Below are positions 29,250 to 39,800 of a DNA stretch of 64,000 nucleotides, piece after piece. The first letter of the stretch is position 1. Every line of letters starts with the position of its first letter. Position numbers and translations under genes: made by a program. Source of the DNA: a virus; the IMG/VR virus record IMGVR_UViG_3300030106_005205, positions 1 to 64,000 of that record. The stretch is one strand, 5' to 3'. The notes under the pieces are model-generated. The model ran no database searches, had not been told where the DNA came from, and was given only the letters and a program-made list of their open reading frames with translations.

Positions 29250-30264
29250 AATAAATTTCCCCTGAGTTTGGACAAACAACAGTCTTTCCTTGTGTGTATA
29301 CTGATATTTTTTTCGCTAATAAATCATCACTCTCTATAAATATTTTAGCTCTTGACTTAAGAAAAATGTCGCCTTTATATTTGGAAACATTTTTTATGAA
29401 CGAGGCATCTCTAAAAGATTTATCAAAAGGATACATATATAGTTGGTTATATCTTATATTATTGTTTTTTAACCAAGTCTCTGTTATGGCTCTGTATTTT
29501 TCTAGTCTTGCAGTAACAATAGACATGCACATATTTGATCTAGGTATTCTAAAATCAATAGGCTCAACAGTACTTATAAAATCTACGTAAAGTTTTTCGT
29601 CTTCGCATATATCATCAGGAACATCCGGACAGAATATACCATCTAAATCAAACATAGCTGTTTCTGTAAAGTAACTATTAAAAAAATGCCATTCTAGATA
29701 GTGAGGACGTGCAAGTTCAAGACCATAGAAATCTACAAACTTCTTAGACTCAGGAGTACAATACAAACAAGCATATTTATTATTAGGATATTTCTTTCTG
29801 ACCCTTCTAATCTCTTTTCCTGTGTAGCACGTGTCATCAATGAATAAAATTTTACCCTGAACTTCTGAGTGTGATTTCATCCTTTTTCCACCAGACGATG
29901 TTGAAGAGGAACATTTAATCAAGGTATTTCCGCAACTGGAAAGTGTATACAAAGGTTTATTTAAAAGAACTGCGCATATAGATGCAACTACCATTCCAGA
30001 TCTAGGCACCCCAACAATACATTTTATATTCGCGTTTGCTATCTTAGGGATAAGATTGTTTATGCAGTCTATTGGGATATCAGAGACTTTTTTGAACTGA
30101 TGGCTAGTTACTTTATCTTCGGAAAAGATAACGGGCTCCTTATACAGCTTAGATCTAGAAGATGGATGACTCTTACAAAACTTAACCAAACTAGGAGTCA
30201 TCATCCTATTAAGATTATTGCAATAAGTAGAAGATATTGGGCAATCACATTTATCAAGAGACAT
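29239..30264 (-). CDS. Phosphoribosyltransferase-HAD phosphatase fusion with N-terminal Cys domain A
   Basis: VGVPRSG and ILFIDDTCYTG (type I PRT); FDLDG, VTAR, K, FIESD (HAD). Confidence 0.8.
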   Translation of the reverse strand: MSLDKCDCPISSTYCNNLNRMMTPSLVKFCKSHPSSRSKLYKEPVIFSEDKVTSHQFKKVSDIPIDCINNLIPKIANANIKCIVGVPRSGMVVASICAVLLNKPLYTLSSCGNTLIKCSSSTSSGGKRMKSHSEVQGKILFIDDTCYTGKEIRRVRKKYPNNKYACLYCTPESKKFVDFYGLELARPHYLEWHFFNSYFTETAMFDLDGIFCPDVPDDICEDEKLYVDFISTVEPIDFRIPRSNMCMSIVTARLEKYRAITETWLKNNNIRYNQLYMYPFDKSFRDASFIKNVSKYKGDIFLKSRAKIFIESDDLLAKKISVYTQGKTVVCPNSGEIYYAR

Positions 30265-30270
30265 ATTAAC

Positions 30271-31053
30271 TTACTCAGTTATAGTAATTGATATTGTTTG
30301 GTCGTTTTCTCCCCCTTCGCAACAGTCACAATTCCATCTTGTTCCGCTAGCTTCAAAGTCAAGCATAAAAGGGTCGCATGTTCCATTTACAAGTGAAAAC
30401 ATATTAAATATATCTAGAGCTGCTCCAGCATGAGCCGATGGCAACTGTGGCACGTCATAATATCCAGTGGGGCAATGACAATAGTCATCTATGCTAGTAC
30501 CGTCTCTTCCAGACAAAGGAATGAATCTCATAGTCAGTTGATAGTTGCACACATGGCATTCTCCAGTTGATCCGGGCCTTACACCACCCATTGATCCCGG
30601 AGTTTCACAACAACATAAAGATAGATTAATTTTTGAACCGGAACAAGGAGGGTCAGGATCACACAAAACTCCGGAATACTTACCAAATTTTTCTTCGCGT
30701 ATTGGTTTTAGATAATATGGGCCTAGATCTTTATAACATGTAGTAGTAGTTCCTGCTAATCCGGGATTCTCACCTGAACATATATCTATTCCATCTCCTT
30801 GGTTTAATGGTATTTCTACACTTAGACCACAAGGAGAAACAGTTAGACTTGCTGTTAATGTAGTCTCATCTGGGCATGGGCAACAGGTATATGGAAAACA
30901 CGGACCTCCATCTTCATGAGTGCTATACAGAGGCATATCGCTTGTGCAGTGCGACTCACAATCATTCCCTATATTCCCACAAACACAGCATTCACTATCT
31001 GGCATTCCTGCTGAAATAAATTTTGGCTCTTTGACTTCAAAATCGTCTGGCAC
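30271..31053 (-). CDS. Cys-rich putative tail-tip protein
   Basis: 25 Cys in 260 aa; last gene of the tail run; AAGGAG RBS with GTG start. Confidence 0.5.
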   Translation of the reverse strand: MPDDFEVKEPKFISAGMPDSECCVCGNIGNDCESHCTSDMPLYSTHEDGGPCFPYTCCPCPDETTLTASLTVSPCGLSVEIPLNQGDGIDICSGENPGLAGTTTTCYKDLGPYYLKPIREEKFGKYSGVLCDPDPPCSGSKINLSLCCCETPGSMGGVRPGSTGECHVCNYQLTMRFIPLSGRDGTSIDDYCHCPTGYYDVPQLPSAHAGAALDIFNMFSLVNGTCDPFMLDFEASGTRWNCDCCEGGENDQTISITITE

Positions 31054-31092
31054 TTGCTACTCCTTTTATAAATTTATATAATATCCTATTGA

Positions 31093-32511
31093 CTATGATG
31101 CACATCCACTATAAGCAGTACCTGTAAAGCAACCTTCTACAAATCCCATCGTCCCATACCTAATGTCAAGACCACTACCTGAACAGCATATATCATGTAC
31201 ATACTGAACATTGGCTGACGCTCCATCTGTACATGCTCCTGCGCCTCCCGAGAGAGTATAGTTACATGTTCCGGACTGAGAAGGTGTCTGATATAAAGTT
31301 AGTCCTCCTTGCAATACTATGTTTGAAAAGTACTCTCCTCCAAATTTATGTATTGTAGATATTTTTATTCCAGAACCACCACAATCTGAAGTTCCATCTG
31401 TAAATCTTTCTCCTACAATCCCGTCTCCAAGTACCATTCCTTTATATTTTAAATATTCTTCATCATATCCATTGATTCCGTCCACATCTAAGTCTTCTGC
31501 AATACAACCACTAGCTCTTCGAACTTTCCAGCATAAAGCCGGAGAAGTAACTATTCCATAATAATCGCAAAGCTTGGTATCATAGAAAGCCCAAAACTTC
31601 TCTAGCGGCTCAATATCTCTTTGAAAGCTGGGATTGGTTACGGTTATAGTAGGACTGCTTACTGTGCTGCCATTAGCGTCATATACTGGATCTAGGTTTT
31701 GTGGCACAACATTGGCAGCTGAGCTTCCACGTTCAATCCCTGTTGGAGCTAGGCCTATAATCATTCTAAAAGTTTGAGGAACTGTCCATACTTGTCTCTT
31801 CCTATCATATCTTACATCAAGAGGGGCGACAGGCCAAGTTTCTCTTTTCAACATATGATTATCAAGGAACTTATCTTTAAGGTTAGAATCTTGAAATGTG
31901 CCTGCCCTAGCATTAGATGCACTATCGACTTTGTTAGGAATGGGCTTGCCATTTAAGTCGTATCCCCACCCTTGTATTACAATAGGACCTCTAATAGCCA
32001 CAGGTCTAAGATCTGTAGGAAAACTTCCTCCTTGTAGATGAACCTTGCTCACTAGATTTTGTGTAGTGCTTGTACTCCCATTAAAGATTACCTGCCCATC
32101 ATAGGTATCACTCGAAGTGTCTGAGTGCTGAGGATCGGCAGCCCTTTTAAATGGGTTTAAGTATTGACTATTAACTGTCGGAGGAGTCCATTGATCAACA
32201 GGTGGGTCAACATGATTGGATTGTGCTGGAACACATGTTGAGGATGGGGATGTTGGATACGTAGGTAGTTTACTAGAACCTCCATTTATCTGAAATGGAG
32301 AAAATACTGTATCTATACTTCCTCCTCCTAAGTCTGAGAAGGAGGTGTTTGGGGACGTTAGAACTTCCCTATTAGAGGCAAACAGCATACTGGTTGTACC
32401 AGTCGGGCTATTGACCTCATTTATGAAGCCCGCGATCACATTCTTTGCGCCAGCCTCTGTTCTCCTCTGCTGGTTGTTATAAGATGCATTTGAAAATCTT
32501 TGACTGCTCAT
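31093..32511 (-). CDS. Putative tail-tip/baseplate protein
   Basis: Position after hub gene; RGP..GWGYD..GKP.PN...W...D.R.D..R.VW motif; Cys/SG-rich end. Confidence 0.5.
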   Translation of the reverse strand: MSSQRFSNASYNNQQRRTEAGAKNVIAGFINEVNSPTGTTSMLFASNREVLTSPNTSFSDLGGGSIDTVFSPFQINGGSSKLPTYPTSPSSTCVPAQSNHVDPPVDQWTPPTVNSQYLNPFKRAADPQHSDTSSDTYDGQVIFNGSTSTTQNLVSKVHLQGGSFPTDLRPVAIRGPIVIQGWGYDLNGKPIPNKVDSASNARAGTFQDSNLKDKFLDNHMLKRETWPVAPLDVRYDRKRQVWTVPQTFRMIIGLAPTGIERGSSAANVVPQNLDPVYDANGSTVSSPTITVTNPSFQRDIEPLEKFWAFYDTKLCDYYGIVTSPALCWKVRRASGCIAEDLDVDGINGYDEEYLKYKGMVLGDGIVGERFTDGTSDCGGSGIKISTIHKFGGEYFSNIVLQGGLTLYQTPSQSGTCNYTLSGGAGACTDGASANVQYVHDICCSGSGLDIRYGTMGFVEGCFTGTAYSGCAS

Positions 32512-32512
32512 A

Positions 32513-35176
32513 TTAACCTCTATTAGTCCTAGCTCTATTTCTAGACATCTGAGTATACATTCTCATGAACTGTTGCTGCCTTGACATTTTTGATTGCATT
32601 ACCCTTTGTTTTGCAGCTGATTTTATTCTGCCTGTATTTAACTTAGACATTCTACCAAAAGATGGTGTAAAAGTACTTAGCTCATATGTCGTTGTCACGC
32701 CATTGGAATTGGCATTAACATTTACAGAAGTTATGTTAGGTCCAAATGCTCCTGTTGAGCTAGCTATATCAATATAATAATAGTATTGACTCGCTACTGT
32801 ACCTTGACCATTTGCGCATGTATCCCAATTTAACGTAGATACGGCGTAATCTTCATATAATGTCGTATCGGATCGTAGTTCCGACCCAATCCTATGTAAT
32901 GGGTATCCCGGCCAGTTTATTGAGCCTCTTTCTCCAACCTGCATAAATGTCAAACCGTCTTGACTCTGTGAATTTGCCACTATAGTCATATTTACAGCCC
33001 CATCATACTCCCAAGGATTTAGGCTATCGTCTGGCTTCAGATTCACTGGTCCCGGAGGGCCAAGAAAACCAAAAGGCCCATACTTGCTGTAATTACTTCT
33101 TAATGGTACGGCAAAGTTATTTGGATAAATTCTTTTCTTTTCAAATCCCATAGCCATTCCTGCACCTCCACCCAAATGTAGATTATCCATTATGGCGGTT
33201 ATTGAAGCATCGTTGGCCTCTAAATTCTTTAGTATAATTGGGGTGCAAGCGATGAGATCATCATAGCCGATCTCCTGCGTCTTTGTAAATCCCGGACTTG
33301 AAATATCTACAACAGCGAACAGAATGCCAGTTCCTAAACTAGAAGTATTTGCCTTAGCGTTTGCGTCTTTTATAATGTAATCAGAATCAACGGAAGCCCT
33401 AGTATAGATATTACTACCATCTGTTACAGAGTTTCCATCATCTTGTATCAATGTACTACCGGGAAACCTGACACCTCCAGTTATCATATTTTGATCTGTA
33501 GTAAAATGATCTAAATATACAGATGGTTTTGTTAGTCCGAGCCAAGCATCACCATCTTCAAGCCAAGCTTCAGAACCGGGCATCGCTTGGTAAAAATTCT
33601 TTTGAGATTCTGTATTGAAGTAATAATTTACTGGCCCTGCTTCTTTCGAAGGTTCTCCGACAGGTACTAAAACCTTTCTTCCATAAAACTCATCCGCAAA
33701 TTTTGACACAAATGCGTGGACTGCTTTCGCGTCATTTTCTGAACTTGCACTATACATGATGCCAGACAATATATTGTCGATACCATTAATAACAAGTGCA
33801 GCCTTGGCCTGATCTTCTATGCCTATATTCCAGTCACCGTCTGGGAAAAATGGCCTCAAAGATAATTGATTATATAGATAATTTCCTATTACAGTCATGC
33901 CTCTATGGTTATAATTTAAGCAGTATTCTTTCCAGCCCTCAAAGCCAGAAAGAGCTGCTCTTAATTCATTTTCAAGAACGTACACAAAGTCTGTAGGAAT
34001 CGCAGTTCCTAATGATGTATTTAGTTTTCTAACATCTAAGTTGATTCTGTAAGCAGTACCTAAGTCATCAGTTTCAACAGTGTCCCAATCATGAGGATTT
34101 CCTTCTGTATCAAATCCCCACCAAGGTTCAAACATATGTGTTTCTCGGAAATACTGTTTATTAGCACCATATGCTAAAGACTGAGTAGGTTCATTTCTTA
34201 GCTCTCTACCAACGTTTTTAGCTATAACTCCCACTCGACTATCAATGAAAGCTTGCACTTCTCCTAATATTGGCTGTTCTCTTCTTTGTTGAGTTCTTAC
34301 TTTTATTATTTTTTTAGTATCTCCGGGATTATCTACAACAAATAACTCTATATAATAATCACATCCAGCATCTGCGCAGACTTGACTTATTAAGTCTAGC
34401 AAATTTGTATCAGTATTCTGCAATCTATAAATACTTGGAGCAAAAGGAATTTCATGTAAATCTACGAAGTATCCTGTATACCAGCCATTGGTATTAAAAT
34501 CAGTTGTTAGAGTGGGTTCATTTGTATCTGTGCCGTCTTTTATTAAACCAAAGTCTGCCTCAACAAGATTCCAATTATGTGCTCTATATGCCAACGCCCC
34601 ATATGGCCCATAACAAGCATCTTTTAGACCGGAAAGAAGACTTGATACCGCTAGCTTCACATTATTCCAAGGTATGCCAACCTCATTCATGTCTGAGCAA
34701 CCAAAACCATATTGTTCATGGAAGCCAAAAGCATTAACTGCGTTGAAGACATCCCCTACACATCCATTGTTTTCATTTAGAATGATCTGCGTATTTTGAA
34801 GAATAAATCTAGGATCTGATATATTTACATTATATTGGCCAAGTCCATTGACATCGTCTTTTTTCATCCAAGATTGGACAACACCAGCAAACTCAAAGTC
34901 ACCAAATCTAAAGTAGACAGGACCGCCAATAGTGGGCTGATATTCTTCAAATCCGGGGTCTGCTTTTTTCCATTCCTTCCTTTCTCCGGGAAGAGGATAA
35001 TAGATTTTAGGGTCATCTTCTGGAGGTATGCATGGATCTTCGATCAGATCAACACTTATAGAGGTGGTCTGTTCATTCCATCCTACTGTGCAATTAAAAC
35101 CTTTTATACTACAGCCTAAAAATAGAGTGTGTTCAAAAGGCCCATATATATTTTCCGGTGTACAAACTTTAGGCAT
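32513..35176 (-). CDS. Putative tail hub/baseplate protein
   Basis: 888 aa; second gene after tape measure; beta-rich, ends ITSVNVN...TTTYEL. Confidence 0.55.
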   Translation of the reverse strand: MPKVCTPENIYGPFEHTLFLGCSIKGFNCTVGWNEQTTSISVDLIEDPCIPPEDDPKIYYPLPGERKEWKKADPGFEEYQPTIGGPVYFRFGDFEFAGVVQSWMKKDDVNGLGQYNVNISDPRFILQNTQIILNENNGCVGDVFNAVNAFGFHEQYGFGCSDMNEVGIPWNNVKLAVSSLLSGLKDACYGPYGALAYRAHNWNLVEADFGLIKDGTDTNEPTLTTDFNTNGWYTGYFVDLHEIPFAPSIYRLQNTDTNLLDLISQVCADAGCDYYIELFVVDNPGDTKKIIKVRTQQRREQPILGEVQAFIDSRVGVIAKNVGRELRNEPTQSLAYGANKQYFRETHMFEPWWGFDTEGNPHDWDTVETDDLGTAYRINLDVRKLNTSLGTAIPTDFVYVLENELRAALSGFEGWKEYCLNYNHRGMTVIGNYLYNQLSLRPFFPDGDWNIGIEDQAKAALVINGIDNILSGIMYSASSENDAKAVHAFVSKFADEFYGRKVLVPVGEPSKEAGPVNYYFNTESQKNFYQAMPGSEAWLEDGDAWLGLTKPSVYLDHFTTDQNMITGGVRFPGSTLIQDDGNSVTDGSNIYTRASVDSDYIIKDANAKANTSSLGTGILFAVVDISSPGFTKTQEIGYDDLIACTPIILKNLEANDASITAIMDNLHLGGGAGMAMGFEKKRIYPNNFAVPLRSNYSKYGPFGFLGPPGPVNLKPDDSLNPWEYDGAVNMTIVANSQSQDGLTFMQVGERGSINWPGYPLHRIGSELRSDTTLYEDYAVSTLNWDTCANGQGTVASQYYYYIDIASSTGAFGPNITSVNVNANSNGVTTTYELSTFTPSFGRMSKLNTGRIKSAAKQRVMQSKMSRQQQFMRMYTQMSRNRARTNRG

Positions 35177-35178
35177 TA

Positions 35179-36831
35179 TCAATCACACCTTGTATAAATC
35201 CAACTAACATTCCTACTATATCTTCCTGTTTTAACATCATATGATTCACTGTCTGCAGTCCTAAATATACTTCCATATTCTCCACTAAGACTAATTTCTA
35301 GGTCGTCCACAACTTCATCATATTGTGTCAATGGGCCTCCGCTGACAAACTCAACTCCGCTACACCCAGTGTTTGGTACGACTGTTGATTCTATTGATAT
35401 GTCCTGAGTGAAAGCCGTTTTTGTTCCTATATCCTGCAACAGCGGACCAGAATTTCTTCCTAAAATAGTATGAGAAGCATATATATCTATAGGCCTTTGC
35501 CTTGTTACTGAAATAATTTCAGATAGAACTCCAGTAACACAAGTCGAAGGTCTATTATTAAATTGTAGGGCATATGTTATAGTGCCCTCCTCTATATTAT
35601 AGCCATAAGTTTCAGATAATGGCTTTCTATTTATATCAAGATCTAAGACGCCGCTTAAATGCTTTGTTGGTTGTCCTGATGTGAATTCTTCATCTCCACT
35701 ATATGCCATGCCAGCCCTGTTTGCAAAAACACCGCTATCTAAACAGTGTGTAACATAGAACCGTGCCATATCAAAGCCACCAGTTCCTGTGACTCTAAAA
35801 GAACCTGAGACAATATCTAATGAAGGATATCCTTGTACGCTACCATCAATTGATACGACTGTTAGTCCATCTTCATTTGACTTCTCTATATTTACATTAA
35901 ATGTATCTACAGCACAAAAGTCTCCCGCTGGCATATAAGCACAGCCCGTTGCTACAGGAACATATCCACTAGCTTCTGTATACGATCCTTGCCCAACAAT
36001 AGCGCCAGCAGCAGCTAATGGAGGTGAGGGAGAACCAACATCATTAGGTATCCCAGTTGCAATAGCTATAAAAGTATCATCTACGCTAACTGAACCAGCA
36101 ACCTCATCTTGAGATACTGTTCTTTCCGTTAGATATGTTTTAAATGCATCTCCCGATCCTAAATCTAGCATATGGTTGTAGTCAAAACTTATTTGGTTTG
36201 TAGCAACGCCAGTTAAATAACTAACAGCATTTTGAACTGCGGTTATAGTTCCAGTCTCAGTAAGATCAGCTATATCTCCACTACCTATAGTTTGACCAAC
36301 CGCGCTCATACTTCTCTGTATTTCTACTACAGCAGGAAACTCAACTCCATAATATTTATATGGTTTTTTAAGGTACGAAAAGGCATAAGAAGTCGATACG
36401 TCCTCTAGTAACAGACCTGTTCCTAGATGATCTTCAGTTCCTGTGAGCGACGTTACTGGAAAGGTTAGACCAATGGAATATTGAGCTTTTTGTATATAGC
36501 CTCCATTGTCATTACTTGATATTTCTATGGAATCAACGAGAGGTCTTCCTCTTACAACATATCCCGTGCAATCAGCAGTGCCTAAAAATTCTGCCACAAA
36601 GACCTTATAGTCATCTTTGACTCCAGAATATAAATGCTCTTTAGCTTGAAAAACATCTAAAGCACTTTGTAGTCCGGTTGGGATAAGTGTTCCATCTAGT
36701 GTAAGCCTATAGTTGCCACCAATAGTTTTACCTGTATTCTTAATTGAAAAAGATTCTCTTTCATAAGATATATTAGGTGCAGGTTTAAACTGATAATCAC
36801 CATAAGTTACATTTACGCCTGTTATAGCCAT
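35179..36831 (-). CDS. Putative distal tail protein, [S/T]G-rich
   Basis: Directly after tape measure; beta-strand pattern; 28 SG/TG dipeptides in 550 aa. Confidence 0.5.
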   Translation of the reverse strand: MAITGVNVTYGDYQFKPAPNISYERESFSIKNTGKTIGGNYRLTLDGTLIPTGLQSALDVFQAKEHLYSGVKDDYKVFVAEFLGTADCTGYVVRGRPLVDSIEISSNDNGGYIQKAQYSIGLTFPVTSLTGTEDHLGTGLLLEDVSTSYAFSYLKKPYKYYGVEFPAVVEIQRSMSAVGQTIGSGDIADLTETGTITAVQNAVSYLTGVATNQISFDYNHMLDLGSGDAFKTYLTERTVSQDEVAGSVSVDDTFIAIATGIPNDVGSPSPPLAAAGAIVGQGSYTEASGYVPVATGCAYMPAGDFCAVDTFNVNIEKSNEDGLTVVSIDGSVQGYPSLDIVSGSFRVTGTGGFDMARFYVTHCLDSGVFANRAGMAYSGDEEFTSGQPTKHLSGVLDLDINRKPLSETYGYNIEEGTITYALQFNNRPSTCVTGVLSEIISVTRQRPIDIYASHTILGRNSGPLLQDIGTKTAFTQDISIESTVVPNTGCSGVEFVSGGPLTQYDEVVDDLEISLSGEYGSIFRTADSESYDVKTGRYSRNVSWIYTRCD

Positions 36832-36849
36832 TTAATTTTTCCTTATATA

Positions 36850-39800
36850 TTATGCATAGGCGCCCGGAGGACCATTTATCTGACTCACTACGTCCCCACC
36901 GGCTGGAGCATTATTCAAGTCCACCGAACCAACACCTTCCTTTACAGCCTCCACAACCATGGATTTAATTGAATTAGCCAGTTCTGTAGCATTACTTATT
37001 GTTACATTGATTTCGCCTACATTAATTTGGAATCCGTCTTTGACACCATTTAAGGCTTGTGCAAGGTTATTCATTGCTACGTCTGGACCAGCAACTCCAC
37101 CTCCAGCGGCAGCAGGACCGGCAGCAGGAGGACCAGCAGCAGCAGGACCGGCGTTAGCTCCAAAAGCCGGCTTGGGCATTTGTCCTGTTTTTATATAGTC
37201 TTGAACTTGGCCTTTTTGAAGCTTGCCTGAACGAAGCATGTTTCTAGCTTGGTTGATACGCTGTGCTTTGCCTAACTGTCTTTCTTTAGTTGCTGATAAT
37301 ATATCTTCTTTGCTCTTAAATCCTCTAGCTTCTCTCCCTTTATCAGTTAGAGCTCCAGACATCGGATCTATATTTCCAGCGGCTAAGTCCTGTTGCCTTC
37401 TAAACTCTATAGCTGCAGAAACCTCCTGATTTGTAACCCTACTACTTAGATAGCTGTCTTTCTTTAATAATCCTAACTTTGGATCATAACCTTTGAAGTT
37501 TCTTATTTTCCCTTGAGGAATTAAACCTTGATCTTCTGCAAGACTCTGAGGAATATCATACTCCAGCCTTGCTGCCCCTGTACCATCTTCATCAGTCATC
37601 AATCCAGTGCCTTCAAACTCGCCTCTTTTTATAGCATCGGCTAGTCTGAGCTTAGAATTACTTATACCGAACTGTGATTCAACTGTACCTACAGGTCTTC
37701 CTCCACGTTGTTTATTAAACCTCATTCTTCTTTCCATCTCAGTTTCTCGCTTTTTAGGCGCTTGAGAAACCCCTTGTATAGGTTGGAATGGAGTGCCGCC
37801 TGCTGGACGACCAAGTTGTGCATTTAAGGCCTCATCATCATAAAGACGGGCATCAAACGCACTCATTGTCGGATCAAATTTCAACATCGCTTCGCGATCT
37901 GCTACAAATTGTTGAGCGCTAGGAGAAGCATCTAATTTAGCTTTTCTTTGAGCTGCCATTTCTGCAAGCTTTGCCTCTGCTTTTTCCTCGTCTGGACGTA
38001 AGAAGTCATCAAGCGACTTTTGTTCTGCTTTTCTTAACCCTTCTTGATGCGCTTCCAGTGTTGCTTCAGTTCGCCTCAAATCATCTAATAACACGGTTCT
38101 ATCTGTGTTCCCAAGGTCGAGACCTCCTCTCATGTCGAGACCGCCAACCTGCTCAACACGAGAACCTCCTTTCTTAAAGAAAGCTCCTGAAATCCCGGTG
38201 CCTCTCTGTCTCTTTTTTATAAATTCTTTTCCGCTTAGAGGCGATCCAGAGTCATCAAATCCGGTTAGTGTTGATCCCTCTTTAGTCTCCTTATCAAGAA
38301 TTTCAGCTAAAGAATCAAGGCCTGTAGCACCCTTTTCTTTCATCAAAGAGCCAAGATCCTTCTCTCGTCGCATTGCCCTGTTTTCTTCATCGAATTTTCT
38401 GAGATTCTCTTGAGCAAGCTTAAACTGATCCTCACTTAGTTTGACAGAATCCCTCATCCGAGCAACTCTAGCTTGATTAGCCTTATTAATCTCAGTCTGA
38501 TTAGCCCTTGCCTCATCAGCAGACTTTCTTTCTGAAGCCAATCTCTCCTCAAGGACCTTTTCTTCTTCCTTAAGAGTTTTAAATCTATTAACATTACCTC
38601 CTGTAAGTGCCTTAATCTGTTCTCCCCTCTTTATAGCGGCAGGGTTTTTCCTCACTTTGCCGGGTTCAATATTCTGGAAGCCACCGCCTCCTGCCGCTAC
38701 AGCTTGTGCGGCGGCAGCGGGAGCTGCGGCAGCAGGTTGTTCTGGCGGCGCTTGATTTGGATTTACATTAAACTGCAAAGCTCGCTTAAAATTAAGCAAC
38801 TCAACCGTAGTGTCCCTTAATGCTTTTTGCATAATATCCGCTGCTGTTTTTGAATTGTTTACAGCATCGCTAGCAAGCTTGGCGTTATTCTTGAGTGCTT
38901 CAAAAGCTGCATTTTGTAATTTAGCAATTCTATCTGCTTCATTTTTTGCATCGTTTATCTGATCTCCTAGATTAACATTTTCAAAGGCATTAGCTGGAAG
39001 CTGTATTCCAAGCTGCCCCAGTCCGCCTACCGCAGCGCCTCTACCTAGCTTAAAGCCATTATCAATTGCCTTCTTCAAGGCTTCAGGATTTGCTCCTAAA
39101 TCAAGCAATAACTGGTCAAACTCTCCGCCAAGAACTTTAGCAGCCTCATCTAGGTTGAGAGGAATTCCCTTTTGAAGCTTCTGAATAGTTGCGAATGTTT
39201 TTCTAATATCTAGAGCTTGCTCTCTTGCTCCTTTAAAATCTCCAGCCCTTGCTCTATTCTGAACTTCTCCCAGTTGTCCTAAAAGTCCAACTAGTCCTTT
39301 TCTTGATGCATCTTGTCTAGATTGAAGTTCGGCTATTTTATTTTGTACAGCGGTCAATGCTGATGTATTTTCGGCAAGTAATTTTAGCGCTTCAGTATTT
39401 CTGGAAAACTCATCCTTCAGTCCAGCTAATTCTGTTAACTCATCCTCATTTAGTGGTTGACCTTCTCTTTTTGTTTGAAGTTCCGTTATCCTTCCTCTGA
39501 TTCTACCTTGGGCTTTACCAATAGCTGTAGGATTTGTTTCTCCTCCAGTTAATATAGCAATTCTCTTTCCTAAATCTGCAACAACTTGCTGAATATTTGC
39601 ATCTCTTCTTCCTACATTGCCTATTCCTCGTATATCACGAACTCTATCTGCTAGATCTAGCTGTTTTAAGTCTATTTTTCTAACTGCATCTGCTATTTTA
39701 AATTCTTGTGCCAGTCTTTGAAGTGTAGCTTGCTCAACCTCTCTCATTGAGTCAATTATATCTGCAAGTGTTTCCGTAATAGTTTTTCCACTTTCAGAGA

